A DNA stretch of 41,946 bases from Vicugna vicugna. Taxonomy: Eukaryota. The position numbers and the translations under genes are program-made. Each line of letters opens with the position of its first letter. Position 1 is the stretch's first letter. Below, in pieces: positions 21,901-33,900 of this stretch. The notes beneath the pieces are model-generated. The model worked only from the letters and a program-made list of their open reading frames with translations. It was not told the DNA's origin and searched no databases. Location: NCBI GenBank assembly GCA_013265495.1, contig MU058533.1, forward strand, positions 124,001 to 165,946, written 5' to 3'.

Positions 21901-24900
21901 CCCACTCTGAATCTTCCTGTAGTGCCAAGCAGGGTGAAATTAGGGCCTCTCCTCCCAGAAAGTCTGGGAGCTGCGGCAAAAGCCACTGCATCGGAGGAGG
22001 TGTGGGGACACCCCAATGCCCTGGCCCTTCCAACAGCTGGAGGAAGGAGTGTGGGCAGAGGAGTCAGCCCCAAGCAGGGAATTTCATTGATTCCTTCCTT
22101 CAACAAATATTTACTGAGCGAGGTCCCCTCTGTTCTGAGCACTTGGGAAGACAACAGAGAGCAGAACAGCCGTTCCTGCTCTCCTGGGGTACACAGCCCA
22201 GGAGCAGAGGTGGTGGGGCCCTGGCCAGCTTCAGAACCCCTGTGAGGTATGTAGATTCCTAGCACCAAGGTTCTGATTCCAGAGGTCTGTTTCCAACACA
22301 AGTGCCCTGGGTGGTTCTGAGGCTAGCAGACATGGAGCCCACTTGGGGAAGTGCTGGTATGGTGTTTGAGAGCGTGTGTATGTGTACACTGTGGGGAATG
22401 GGCAGAGGGGCAGACAGCCACAAAATGAGGGAATTACAATGTTAAGTAACCAGGGCTGTGATGGGGAAAGCTCGGGGAACCAGGGATCTGGGGAAGCCGA
22501 GAGAAGGTCCCTGACTCTGCCTGGGGAAGAGGGGGTGGTCTCAGCAGACTCCCAGAGGAAGGCATCTCATCTGTTTGTCCTTTTCTTCATTCAGCAAAGA
22601 TTTAATTTATAACACTGGGGTGATCGTGAGCAAAAATAGACATGAGCTCTAGACAAAAGAAACGTATTCACCAAACAGTCACCCAGATAATTGCAAATCC
22701 ACACTGGAGAGGTATTTCTGAGGATGGGGTCCCTGACGCTTTGAACTGTGTGAGGGGAGAAAACTGGAAGGTCAGACAGAGAAGGCTTCTTGGAGTGAGC
22801 TGACGCAGGCCAAGGGCAAGGGAGGCATCCAGGTAAGGAACAGCACTGGCTGTGTGATGTGCTGAGGGTGAGCAGCCCCAGGAACAGGGAGAGCTGGGGC
22901 TGGAGAGTCACCCCTCACCCAGGCGGTCCATGTCCTCTCTCTCCACAGTGGCTAACTTCGACCCGGGCACCTTCAGCCTGATGCGCTGTGACTTCTGCGG
23001 GGCTGGCTTTGACACTCGGGCCGGCCTCTCCAGCCATGCCCGGGCCCACCTGCGGGATTTTGGTATCACCAACTGGGAGCTCACTGTCTCACCCATCAAC
23101 ATCCTGCAAGAGCTGCTGGCCACCTCAGCCACTGAGCGGCCCCCCAGCCCCCTGTGCCGTGAGCCCGGGATGCCGCCCAGTGGCTTACTGACCTCCCGCC
23201 GGCCCCGCTTACCTCTTCCAGTGCCCTTCCCACCCACCTGGGCTGAGGACCCTGGGCCAGCCTACGGAGATGGTAAGGGGAGAAGGGGCAGGCCAGGCTG
23301 GAGCCCTGACTCTTTCCAGGGGCCCAGAGGGATGGAGGAGTGGGGGGCGGGCAACCACTCTGCTTTCCTGCAAGTGTTTCAAGTCACTTTACAAAGTAGG
23401 CTGACAACTGTCCTGCCACTTAGGGGTCATTTCTGTTTTACTCGGGGCTGGGCCAAGGCGCCTTTCAGATCTAGTTCCTCCTCACCCTGCCTGATGGTGA
23501 TTTTAACAAAGGCTTATTGAACTTTTATTAGGAGCCAGATACTGTTCTGAGCACTTTACAAACAACAGACTCATTTACATCCTCACAATAATGTTATTAT
23601 CCCCATTTTACAGATTAGGAAACTGAGGCACAGAGAGTTTAACATGTCTGAGGTCATACAGCCGGAAGCATGTCGAGTTGGGATTTGAAAGCCCAGGAAA
23701 GTTAGGCTCCAGAATCCTTGCTCTTAATGATGTGTTTTATCTAGAGCAGCACTTTCTGGGGGGACTTTCTGAGATGATGGAAATGTTCTTTAGATAACAG
23801 TACAGTCCTGCAGGGTCACCGCTGGCCACGTATGGCTGTTGAGCACTTGAAATACAGCTAGTACAAGGTTAGTGGTGATCCCATTGGATAGTGCAGATCC
23901 AGAGTCTACATTCTAGATTTTCAATTTGTCCAGCAACATTGATAACCCTGCCCATAAGTTAGTGCTTGCTGTGTACTCAGGTTTCATCTCACTTACACCT
24001 CAAAACAATTCCATGGTGCTAAGGATTGTTGTGTTCCTGTTTTACGGATAAGGAAACTGTGGGTCATCTGCTTTGCCACAGCCACAGAGCAACAGAGCTA
24101 GACTTCTGAACACCATGTTTGGTGGTCTCTACAGGGGAGGATGGCTTGGGAAATCAAGAAATAAAATTTTGGTGAAGGAGCTGGACACTGTGGAGGGAAA
24201 GGTGAAGGACCCAGCCTTATAAAGCCTGACTTTATGGGAGACTTTACAGAACCTCAAAGTAGAAAACTCAAAGCAGTGAGGAGACGGTGGACTCTGAGGA
24301 ATGGAGAAGTTGCCTAAACAGGGGGAATTGTCCAAGGGATGCTTGGGGCTGAGGCTTCCTTCTCTGTTTCCTACCCAGAGTTTGCACAGTCCTACTTAGA
24401 TCTGTACTCTGGGCTTTGCTGGACCTATCCACAAGCCTCCTTACCAGTGAAGGGCACTTGAGGGTATGCAAAGGGAAGAGGAGGAGACTGAAGCACAGAG
24501 GGAGGATAGTGGTTGGTTGAAGTCACACTTTGGGGAGATGCAGAGGGGGGACATGACCTTAGGCTTCTTGCCTCTGCTGAAGGCTGTCCCCTGGGCATTC
24601 ACCTCACACGCTTGGCTAGGTTTGTGGTATCCCACTGGTGTCTAGGAGATGGCGCTTGCTCTGAAGATGGCTGGGGGCACAGGTAGCAGTTTGTAGCTCC
24701 AACCCTGCCCCCTGCTTTCTGTGTCACTCCAGCAGAAGCCTGAATGTCAGGCTTAGACCCTTTACTTGGCACCTGGGCCAGGCAACCCAGGGATGGCAGC
24801 ATGCACCCAGCAGCCAGGTTCAGCTCTGGCTTAGCTGTTGCCACTAGAAGACCCGTGTGCCAGCTCCCAGTTAGTGCTGAGGGAGCTGGCCAAATCATTG

Positions 24901-27900
24901 GGGCATAAGGAGTCAGCCTGGTACTGCACTTGCCCTGCCCTTGGTGGGGAAGCTATGATCAGTTTTTCAGTGAACACTTCTGGAACAAGGGCGTTAAGGA
25001 GTGGTTAAAAAAATCCTGGAAGCCTTGCCTTGAGGAAGGATGCCGAAGATCAGGGTTGTCTCAGCACCGACCCTGAATGGCTATCCTTAGAAGCCTCTCC
25101 CACACCTCCCTAAGTGGGCGGTAGGGAACGGGTGCCAGGTTAGAGGCGCTGCAACGGTCAGATGTTGGCCCCACCCAGCTGTCAGGGAACAGCTGAGGGC
25201 AGTCGGTTTAGTGTTGGGGAGGGAGAAGCATGTTGTGCTTGAAATGTGGTACTGGCCTTGTAGGGAATTCCGTAGTATTGCGGGACAGCGCTGTCGGGGA
25301 ACAGCTGAATACCGGGATGATGTTGGGGGATCCTCGTGGTTCGGGATCAAATGTGTTCCAGGATTCCCGACGCGGAGGGGAGACTTCCAAGGAAGGGAGT
25401 TGAACAGGGTCCCGGGGCAGGTCCTAGCTCCGCCCATCGGGCTCCAGGAGCTATTAAGGCGGAGGAGTGTGGCCGGAGGATTCCCATCATCGTCTTAGGG
25501 ATATCAGGGGTGGAGGGGAGAGCGTCCCTGCCTGCCGAGGCCCAGGCTGGGGCGGTAGTTGGCGACTTCTTGGAGCACTGCATGCGTGTGTGCGTCCGCG
25601 AGTTCCCCACCCGCCGGGCCGTGACAAGGGTTTCGTTCGCGGTGCTCGGCGCTCCGCCGGCCGCCCTGAGCGCGCCCCGAGGGGCGGGGCGGAGCTGAGC
25701 GGGCTCGGCGGCGGTAGCGCTCGGCGTTCGGCTGCTCCCGCCTGGGGCGGCCGCCCCGCGTGCGCCGGAGCCAAGATGGCCGCCTCCACCGCCCAGTGCC
25801 GAGTGACAAAAGCGGAGAGCAAGGCGGCGGCGGGGCCGCGCGCGGGGGGCGCCCGGGAGCGCGGGGCCGCGGGGGCGCCCCAGCCCAGCCCAGCCGCGGG
25901 ACGGGCCCAAGGCCGAGCCGGAGCCGGGGCCCGGGCCCGCGCCCGCGCCGGGTAAGAGCCCGCGCCGGGGAGGGTTCGGGGAGGGCAAAGTCGGCATCCC
26001 GCCTGCCCCTGCCGCCGCCGCCGTCCCCGACTCCCGCCGTCCAGTCTCCGGGACTTCCCCTCCCCCCAAGGCCCTCCAGTAGCGGGGACCCTGGGCCTCC
26101 TGTCGCGGCTTGCAGGGTCCCGGGAAACAGAAACACTCTCCGCCGCCGCCTCACGAGACCCTTACCCCATCTGACAGATGCCCCCTAAACCTCTTGGAGC
26201 TCCTGGATTGTCTCTTGCCACAGTCCCGGTCCCTCCCGCGCGGAAACCCACTCCAAGTCACTTCAGCTCTGACACGGTCCCTACCCCATCTGTCAGACGC
26301 GCCCCCTCCACCCGGATACTTTGCCAAAGTCCTCGGTGTCCCAGGCCCCAGTGCCTTCCCACCTCAGCTTGCCTTCTTCTTGCCTCTGTAGGACTCAAAC
26401 TGAGCCAAGGACCTGCCTGGCCCCCTACTCATAACACTGAGCTCCTCTGACACACAGTTCCTTCATCCTCAGAGCTCTCTCCATGCTCCGAACGCTAAAC
26501 CTGGGGCTCAACAGGCCTCTCAGGCCCCTTTTTCTAAAGACTTAGACCATGGAAACCCACTTTTGATTCCCTGTTTTCATATACACTTCACGCAGAGAAG
26601 CTTCCTGATCTGATGGATGCGTCAGAAACTTCCTATAAAGTTCTGTGATTCCCATTCTTTCTGTCTCCAGTTAGGTCCCTGCTGGTCCAGGCTCCTAGTT
26701 CTTACATTACCCAACGTGGGACTCAGCTTGTGATAAGACCACCCCGGGGTCCCCACTTATCCCTGCAGCCCCAGCGCCAGCTGTCTTGTCTGGTAGAGAT
26801 TCCCCACAAGTCCCATGGGCTCCCTGCCTCTGCATTGCCTCTCTGGCCTTTGACCCTGGCCTTGTCTTACTGAATTCCCCTTCTGACTGCCACCTACTCA
26901 CCCCTCAAGACTGACAGTTGCTCTCTTCCACAAATTCTGCCCAGAGAGATATTGTCTCTGAGATCTGCTAAAATTGGAGTCTTGGCTCAGACTAGCACTG
27001 CGTCCCCTGACCTGTCTGTGTTCTGGTAGGTGGAAGCTGTTCCTAGTGTCCGCTGTCAGTTGGCAGCCTCGACATCCCTGCGTCACATTGGTGCTCGGGG
27101 TTATGGATGGAGCCTCAGCTTTCATGGGGTGAGCTGCATCCCAAAGTGAGAGCAGGCACCAAGGATGAGGAAGAAGGCACCCACCACCACCACTGTGCCC
27201 CTGCCCTCAGTCCTTGCAGAGGTAGACAGCCCACACCTTACCTGGGCTGAGCCTGTCTTCCCAACCTCACAGGCCTGGGTTCTGAGGAAAACGCAATGGT
27301 GGCCATGGACTTGGGCTCCCCCCCGCTCCCCAAGAAGAGCCTGCCTGTCCCTGGGCCCCTGGAGCAGGTGGCCAATCGGCTGAGCAGCAAAGTGGTTACA
27401 GAGGTTCCTCATAGCAGTAAGCAGGAGCTGCCGGACCTCAAGGGTGAGTGGTGCAGGTGGCAGGGATGCTGGTCAGGCTGGCCACACACTCAGGGAGCTC
27501 TTGGGCCGGGGGGTTAATGACGGGGCTCTAGATTGGCCACAGCTTTCACTTTGGCATCCCAAGGCACCAAGGAGACACCCAGCTGTCTTCTCTCTTGAGC
27601 TTTTGCTGCCCCAGGCATGCCATTGCCTTGAGCCTTGGTCAAGGGAGGGGCATCCAGAGAATCAGTGGGCATGGTCATCAAGAGCTCACACCCAGACCCA
27701 GTTCATTTGATGACGTTGACTGTCCATAGCTGTGTGATCTTTTGCATGCAACTGCCTTGTCTGTGCATTGATTCTTAGGTCATTACTGAGTGGTGACAGG
27801 CACTGTGCTGGACCCTAGGGATGTGAGAGATGTGAAACAGACTTGGCCCACGTCCTTGGGGTCATTGAAGTTGGGGAGTGGGGAGGCAGAGAAGCACACA

Positions 27901-30900
27901 GGCAGGGCTCCATAGAGACCTTGGCTGGGACCTCTAACCTAGCATTTGGGGCATGAGTTAAGCTGCAGAGGGTGGCTAGGCCCTTGCTCTTTGAAGTGTG
28001 TGTCTGGCAGATCAGCATCTGTGTGAACCTGTTGCCAGGACACCCTTGTACACTAGAGTTCCGAAAGGCATTCTATTGGCTGGACCACAGAAGGGCTCTG
28101 CCTCCTGCTGTGTGCCCTTGGCACAACTCTTCCCCATTCTGTGGCTCAGTTTCCTTATTTGCAAACTGGACATTATTTGCAAAATGACCTTCATTAGGGT
28201 CATTTTAAGGGTAGGAGGGGGTTGATGGAAGCAAAACACTTGCAGAAAGCCTGAGTGGGTGGGGCCCCAGGGGAGGAGAAGTGGGAGAGCAGAGCCTGCT
28301 TGGCCTCACAGCTGGCTCTCCTGGCCTCCATCTCGCCCTCTAGCCCAGAGCCTGACCACCTGTGAGGTCTGCGGTGCCTGCTTCGAGACACGCAAGGGCC
28401 TGTCCAGCCACGCACGCTCCCACCTGCGGCAGCTGGGGGTGGCTGAGTCGGAGAGCAGCGGCGCTCCCATCGACCTCCTCTACGAGCTTGTGAAGCAGAA
28501 GGGCCTGCCCGACACACCCCTTGGGCTGCCCCCAGGCCTGACTAAGAAGTCCAGCTCACCGAAGGAAGTGGTCGCTGGGGCCCCGAGACCCGGCCTGCTT
28601 GCCCTGGCCAAGCCCCTTGATGCCCCTGCTGTCAACAAGGCCATCAAGTCTCCTCCCGGCTTCTCAACCAAGGGCCTTGCCCACCCGCCCAGCTCCCCAC
28701 TCCTCAAGAAGGCATCACTGGCCCTGGCGGGCTCCCCTACCCCCAAGAATCCTGAGGACAAGAGCCCCCAGCTATCCCTGAGCCCCCGGCCGGCCTCCCC
28801 AAAGGCACAGTGGCCCCAGTCTGAGGACGAGGGGCCCCTGAACCTCAGTGAGTGTGGGTCCTGGGAGCTGAGGGAGGTCCTGGCGCCAGGAGGGGCTTGA
28901 ATTCAGCTTGGGCTATGGGGCTCAGGGTGGGGGCAGTGGGGACCGCAGTGCCTGCGTCCTGGGTCAGCTGGGTTAGAGTGTCGATCAAGGTGCTGCATCT
29001 CCGTTGGGCCGGCCACGCTGCATATTATCATCTGTCTCCCACTCCACTTCACTGTTCTTCCCCCAGAAGGCTGGCTGTGGCTACTGAGCCTGCCAGGGTC
29101 ATCCTCGCCTCTTAGGAGCAGCTTTTGGCCTTCTCTGGGCCTACGGGTTGGGACAGTGAAGGTAACCAGGGCTCCTGTGGGGCATCTTGGATCCTGCAGG
29201 TAGAGAAGTGGTCTACCTGATAGGAGGCCCCATGGTTAGCCCCATCTTCACATCCTGGCCGACCTGTGCAGAGGTACCTCTGTGCCCAGGGGTGGAGCCA
29301 TACCTCCTAGGCTGCCTGTGAGAATGGCACAGAAGGGTTTGGAAAGAAACTCCCAGGCATGGTGAGCAGATTTAACTAGGACATCCCGTAGGAAGTCAGG
29401 CCTTCCCACAGATTTTTGGGCATTAGAGTTGGGGGTGAGCCTAGGGTCTGGCCCCCTGCCCAGCAGAGCACCCCAGTTGCACCTCATATTCCAATGAAGC
29501 TGCTTCCACTGCTGTGCTCCCAGGAGCAGGGCCCGGAGCAGGTGTGCCCTTGGCTGTATGATGCTTGGCAGCCAGTGGGCCCCTGCTTTGCACCCCTCAC
29601 CCACCCTGCACATCTCCTGTAGCTGGAATCTCTGGGAAGAGGGCCAGGGAGAATCAGATTGTTCCACTGGAATTTAGCCACTGCCTCTGTACCCCACATC
29701 CTTAAATTCCCTACACTCACCTTGATGCCAAGATGCAGCGTACAGGGCTTCCTGCTTCCCAAAACCTCTTAAAATAAAAATGTGGCGCAAGTCTTGGACC
29801 TCAACCAGCCTGGGCAGCTGAGAATCACACCAGGCTCTCCCGCCTCAGTCCCTCAGGGCTGGCCAAGGTGGTGGCCGTGAACGCCCCCCTGTGTTTTGTC
29901 TCCGCAGCTTTAGATAGTGACGGGGGCAGAGAGCTGGACTGCCAGCTGTGCGGTGCCTGGTTTGAGACCCGCAAGGGCCTGTCCAGCCACGCCCGTGCCC
30001 ACCTGCGCCATCTGGGCGTCAGCGACCCGGACGCCAAGGGATCCCCCATAGACGTGCTCCACGGGCTCATCAGGAGGGACGGCGTCCAGACCCGCCTCCC
30101 ACCCAGGCGCCGCGTGCTGGCCCAGCTGGGGCGGCCTCCTCCCGCCTCTGCGGCCCTCTCCTTGCTCCCCCCACAACCGCCGGCCAAGAAGGCCAAGCTG
30201 AAGGCCGCGGGTATGGCCAGCCCCTGGGGGAAGCAGGACCTCTCAGCCGCCGCAGCCGCTGGCATTTTCTGGGCCTCTGATGTGGAGCCGTCTCCTCTCA
30301 ACCTCTGTAGGTTCTCGCTTCAGCCGCCCCCTCCTCCCTGCGGGCCCTGGTGCCCCTCCCAGGGGGGGGTCGCAGCCCCCTCCCTAATCCCTCCCTGCTG
30401 GGGCAGGGAGTGGACAGGGGCCCTTAGCAGTGGACCGGTTCTGCCCAGAGATCTGTTGGCAGTCAGCTGCTAGGTCTACTCTCTTGGCCTTTGACCTCCT
30501 TGACAGACCTGCCCTGAGAACGAAGGCCAAGGGTGGGGTGCTGCCTTTTGGTGTGGAAGGTGCCCAGAGTTGCCCCTGGTCTGGATGGCAGGGCTGCCAC
30601 TTCCTGCCCTCATCCTTGTCGGGATCCACAGAGCTGTGGAGTCTTGGTTCTGTCCTCCTCCGCCAGAATCGAGGGCCCACGTGCTCTCTGGATCCTCCCT
30701 TTGCTCCTGCCAGGTGTCTGGCCCCAGCCCCACTTCTCAGTTCCCTCACTTGCACCTGCCCCTTGCCACCACCCCAGCCCCTGGACATGCTTCTAGCCAC
30801 GCATAGCCGTCCAGGAGACCCGCAGGTGACGGTGCTAATGGTGCCCACAGTCCTAATTGCCCCTTTCTCCTGCTGCAGCCTCGGGCCCAGAGCCAGCACG

Positions 30901-33900
30901 TGACATCCGCTGCGAGTTCTGTGGCGAGTTCTTCGAGAACCGAAAGGGCCTGTCGAGCCATGCACGCTCTCACCTGCGGCAGATGGGCGTGACCGAGTGG
31001 TACGTCAATGGCTCGCCCATCGACACGCTGCGGGAGATCCTCAAGAGACGGACCCAGTCCCGGCCTGGCGGACCCCCAAACCCGTCAGGGCCTAGTCCCA
31101 AAGCCCTGGCCAAGGTGGTGGGCAGCGGAGGTCCTGGCAGCTCGCTGGAAACCCGCAGTCCCGCGGACCTTCACCTCTCACCCCTGGCCAAGAAGTTGCC
31201 TCCGCCACCAGGCAGCCCCCTGGGCCATTCACCAACTGCCTCTCCTCCTCCCACGGCCCGGAAGATGTTCTCAGGCCTCTCCTCACCCTCCCTGCCCAAG
31301 AAGCTGAAGCCTGAACAAATGCGGGTGGAGATCAAACGGGAGATGCTGCCGGGGGCCCTTCATGGGGAGCCACACCCATCCGAGGGTCCCTGGGTGGCAC
31401 CTCGGGAAGACATGACCCCCCTGAACCTGTGTAAGTGTAACCCTGGGGCAGGACAGGGAGAAGAGGTCTCAGGCGTCTTACCCTTAACTCCCCTCAAGGG
31501 TACCCAGAGCCCCCAGGGTTGAAACGGAAGGGAGGTACACAGGTCCAGTAGACGGGGCTGGCTGTGGATTCCTGCTTCGTAGACCCCCAACTGAGCTGCT
31601 TCTTGATGATTCTTCATTCCTGTGGGGCAGAACTGTGTCATTTGGCAGCAGCAAAAAAATTCTATGTCTGTGCCATCTTTGATTGGTAGTGGCTACCATC
31701 CAGATTCTTAGGGAGAAAGACTGCAGGGATCAATTGGTGATGTCTGCCATGGGCAGGAGTATAGGTGCTGGTGATGGGTGTCTGAACTGTGTCTTCCTGA
31801 TATTCGTGGTCACTAAGTGCTTAATATTTGGAGTTAAGTTGGAGTTAAGGTCTCAGCTGCTCCACAGTCTAGAAACTGACCTTGGGCAGTTTCCTCTTTT
31901 GGAAGATGGAGATCAGCACAGTCCCAGCTCTGCACAGTTTTCTGAACTTAGCTAACACTTACACAGAGCTCTGTGTATGCAGTAGTTGTAACATCCCCGT
32001 CACTCACTTCCCTCCTGAACTGTTTCTGTGTTCATCCTGCTCAGGCTGGCTGAGCTGCTGTGTGCTGAGCAGGTGAGGATGGTCCAGGCCTCTGCCTTAA
32101 TGCTTATATGCATATCATGTCTTCTCTGTATCACATGCTTTGAACTGCTCCCACTTTAGGGACCCCTACTTCCACCCCAGTAACATGGGGAGGTGGTTTT
32201 CATCTCCATTTTGCAGAGGAGGAAACTGAGTCTCAGGGGAAATGGCCCAGCATCACACGGGGTCACAGCCAAGCTTACATCTGAGCCCAGGATCTGGGCA
32301 GCCCTTGCTCCTCAATACTTCACTATGTCACAGTGAGTCATCATGAAGCCAGCTAGAATTTGAGGTGACAGAACAAGCAGAAGGGCTGTATGATGTACAC
32401 AAGGGCCTCTGGAGGCAGATGAAGGAGCAGGTCATTCAGGTCTGGGGCTGGGTAGATGGGACAGATGGGCACTTAACACTGACCTTGAGCTTAGAGGCTT
32501 CCTGCCACAGCCACCGCCTCCTTCTCCCCTCCCCGGACCCCCTGCAGCATCCCGGGCAGAGCCAGTGCGTGACATCCGCTGTGAGTTCTGTGGCGAGTTT
32601 TTCGAGAACCGAAAGGGCTTGTCGAGCCATGCCCGTTCCCACCTGCGGCAGATGGGCGTGACCGAGTGGTCTGTCAACGGCTCACCCATCGACACGCTGC
32701 GGGAGATCCTCAAGAAGAAGTCCAAGCCATGCCTCATCAAGAAGGAACCACCAGCCGGAGACCTGGCTCCTGCCTTGGCTGAGGATGGGCCCCCCACGGT
32801 GGCCCCTGGGCCCATGCAGGCCCCCCTGCCACTGGCGCCAATGGCTGGCCGGCCGGGCAAACCAGGAGCTGGGCCAGCCCAGGTTCCCCGCGAGCTCAGC
32901 CTGGCACCCATCACTGGTGCCAAGCCTTCAGCCACCGGCTACTTGAGCTCAGTGGCAGCCAAGAGGCCCCTGCAGGAGGACCGCCTCCTCCCAGCAGAGG
33001 TCAAGGCCAAGACCTACATCCAGACTGAACTGCCCTTCAAGGCAAAGACCCTCCATGAGAAGACCTCCCACTCCTGTAAGCAGCGGGTGGCAGGGTCCCG
33101 GGAGGGCATCTGCCAGGGCCTGTAGGACTGGGCAATGCCGTGCACACACTTAACCCCCAGCAGGGGTCAAGGCCCCAGTGGGAGGCGGGACCGGCTCCCG
33201 ACCTGGGCAGCGCCTTCTGGGTACCTTTGCTCCCTACGGGCTGGGGCTCAGCAGCACCCCCTCTGCCTGCAGCCACTGAGGCCTGCTGCGAGCTGTGTGG
33301 CCTTTACTTCGAAAACCGCAAGGCCCTGGCCAGTCACGCACGGGCTCACCTACGGCAGTTCGGCGTGACCGAGTGGTGCGTGAACGGCTCACCCATCGAG
33401 ACACTGAGTGAGTGGATCAAGCACCGGCCCCAGAAGGTGGGCGCCTACCGCAGCTACATCCAGGGCGGCCGTCCCTTCACCAAGAAGTTTCGCAGTGCCG
33501 GCCATGGCCGCGATGGCGACAAGCGGCCGCCCCTGGGGCTGGCACCTGGGGGCCTGGCCGTGGTGGGCCGCAGTGCTGGGGGTGAGCCAGGGCCCGAGGC
33601 TGGCCGGGCAGCTGACAGTGGTGAGCGGCCTCTGGCAGCCAGCCCGCCAGGCACTGTGAAGGCTGAAGAGCACCAGCGGCAGAACATCAACAGTGAGTGC
33701 TGGTGGAGGAGGGTCATGAGGGCAGCAGGCACCTGCCAGGGCCCACCCGGCTGCCCCCTGGGTTCTCTGCCGCACATCTGCCCTTAAGCCACTTTCCCAG
33801 CTGCTGTCCCATTCACTCATCCATCCTCCATCCCACCTGTCCCCAATGTCCAGGAGGTGTCCAGTCACCAGCTGTCCTGACTTAAAATTCCCCACAGCAT

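Noticed and set aside
25347..26154. 240-aa and 216-aa minus-strand ORFs at the internal promoter
   Set aside because: CpG-island compositional ORFs without recognisable protein features
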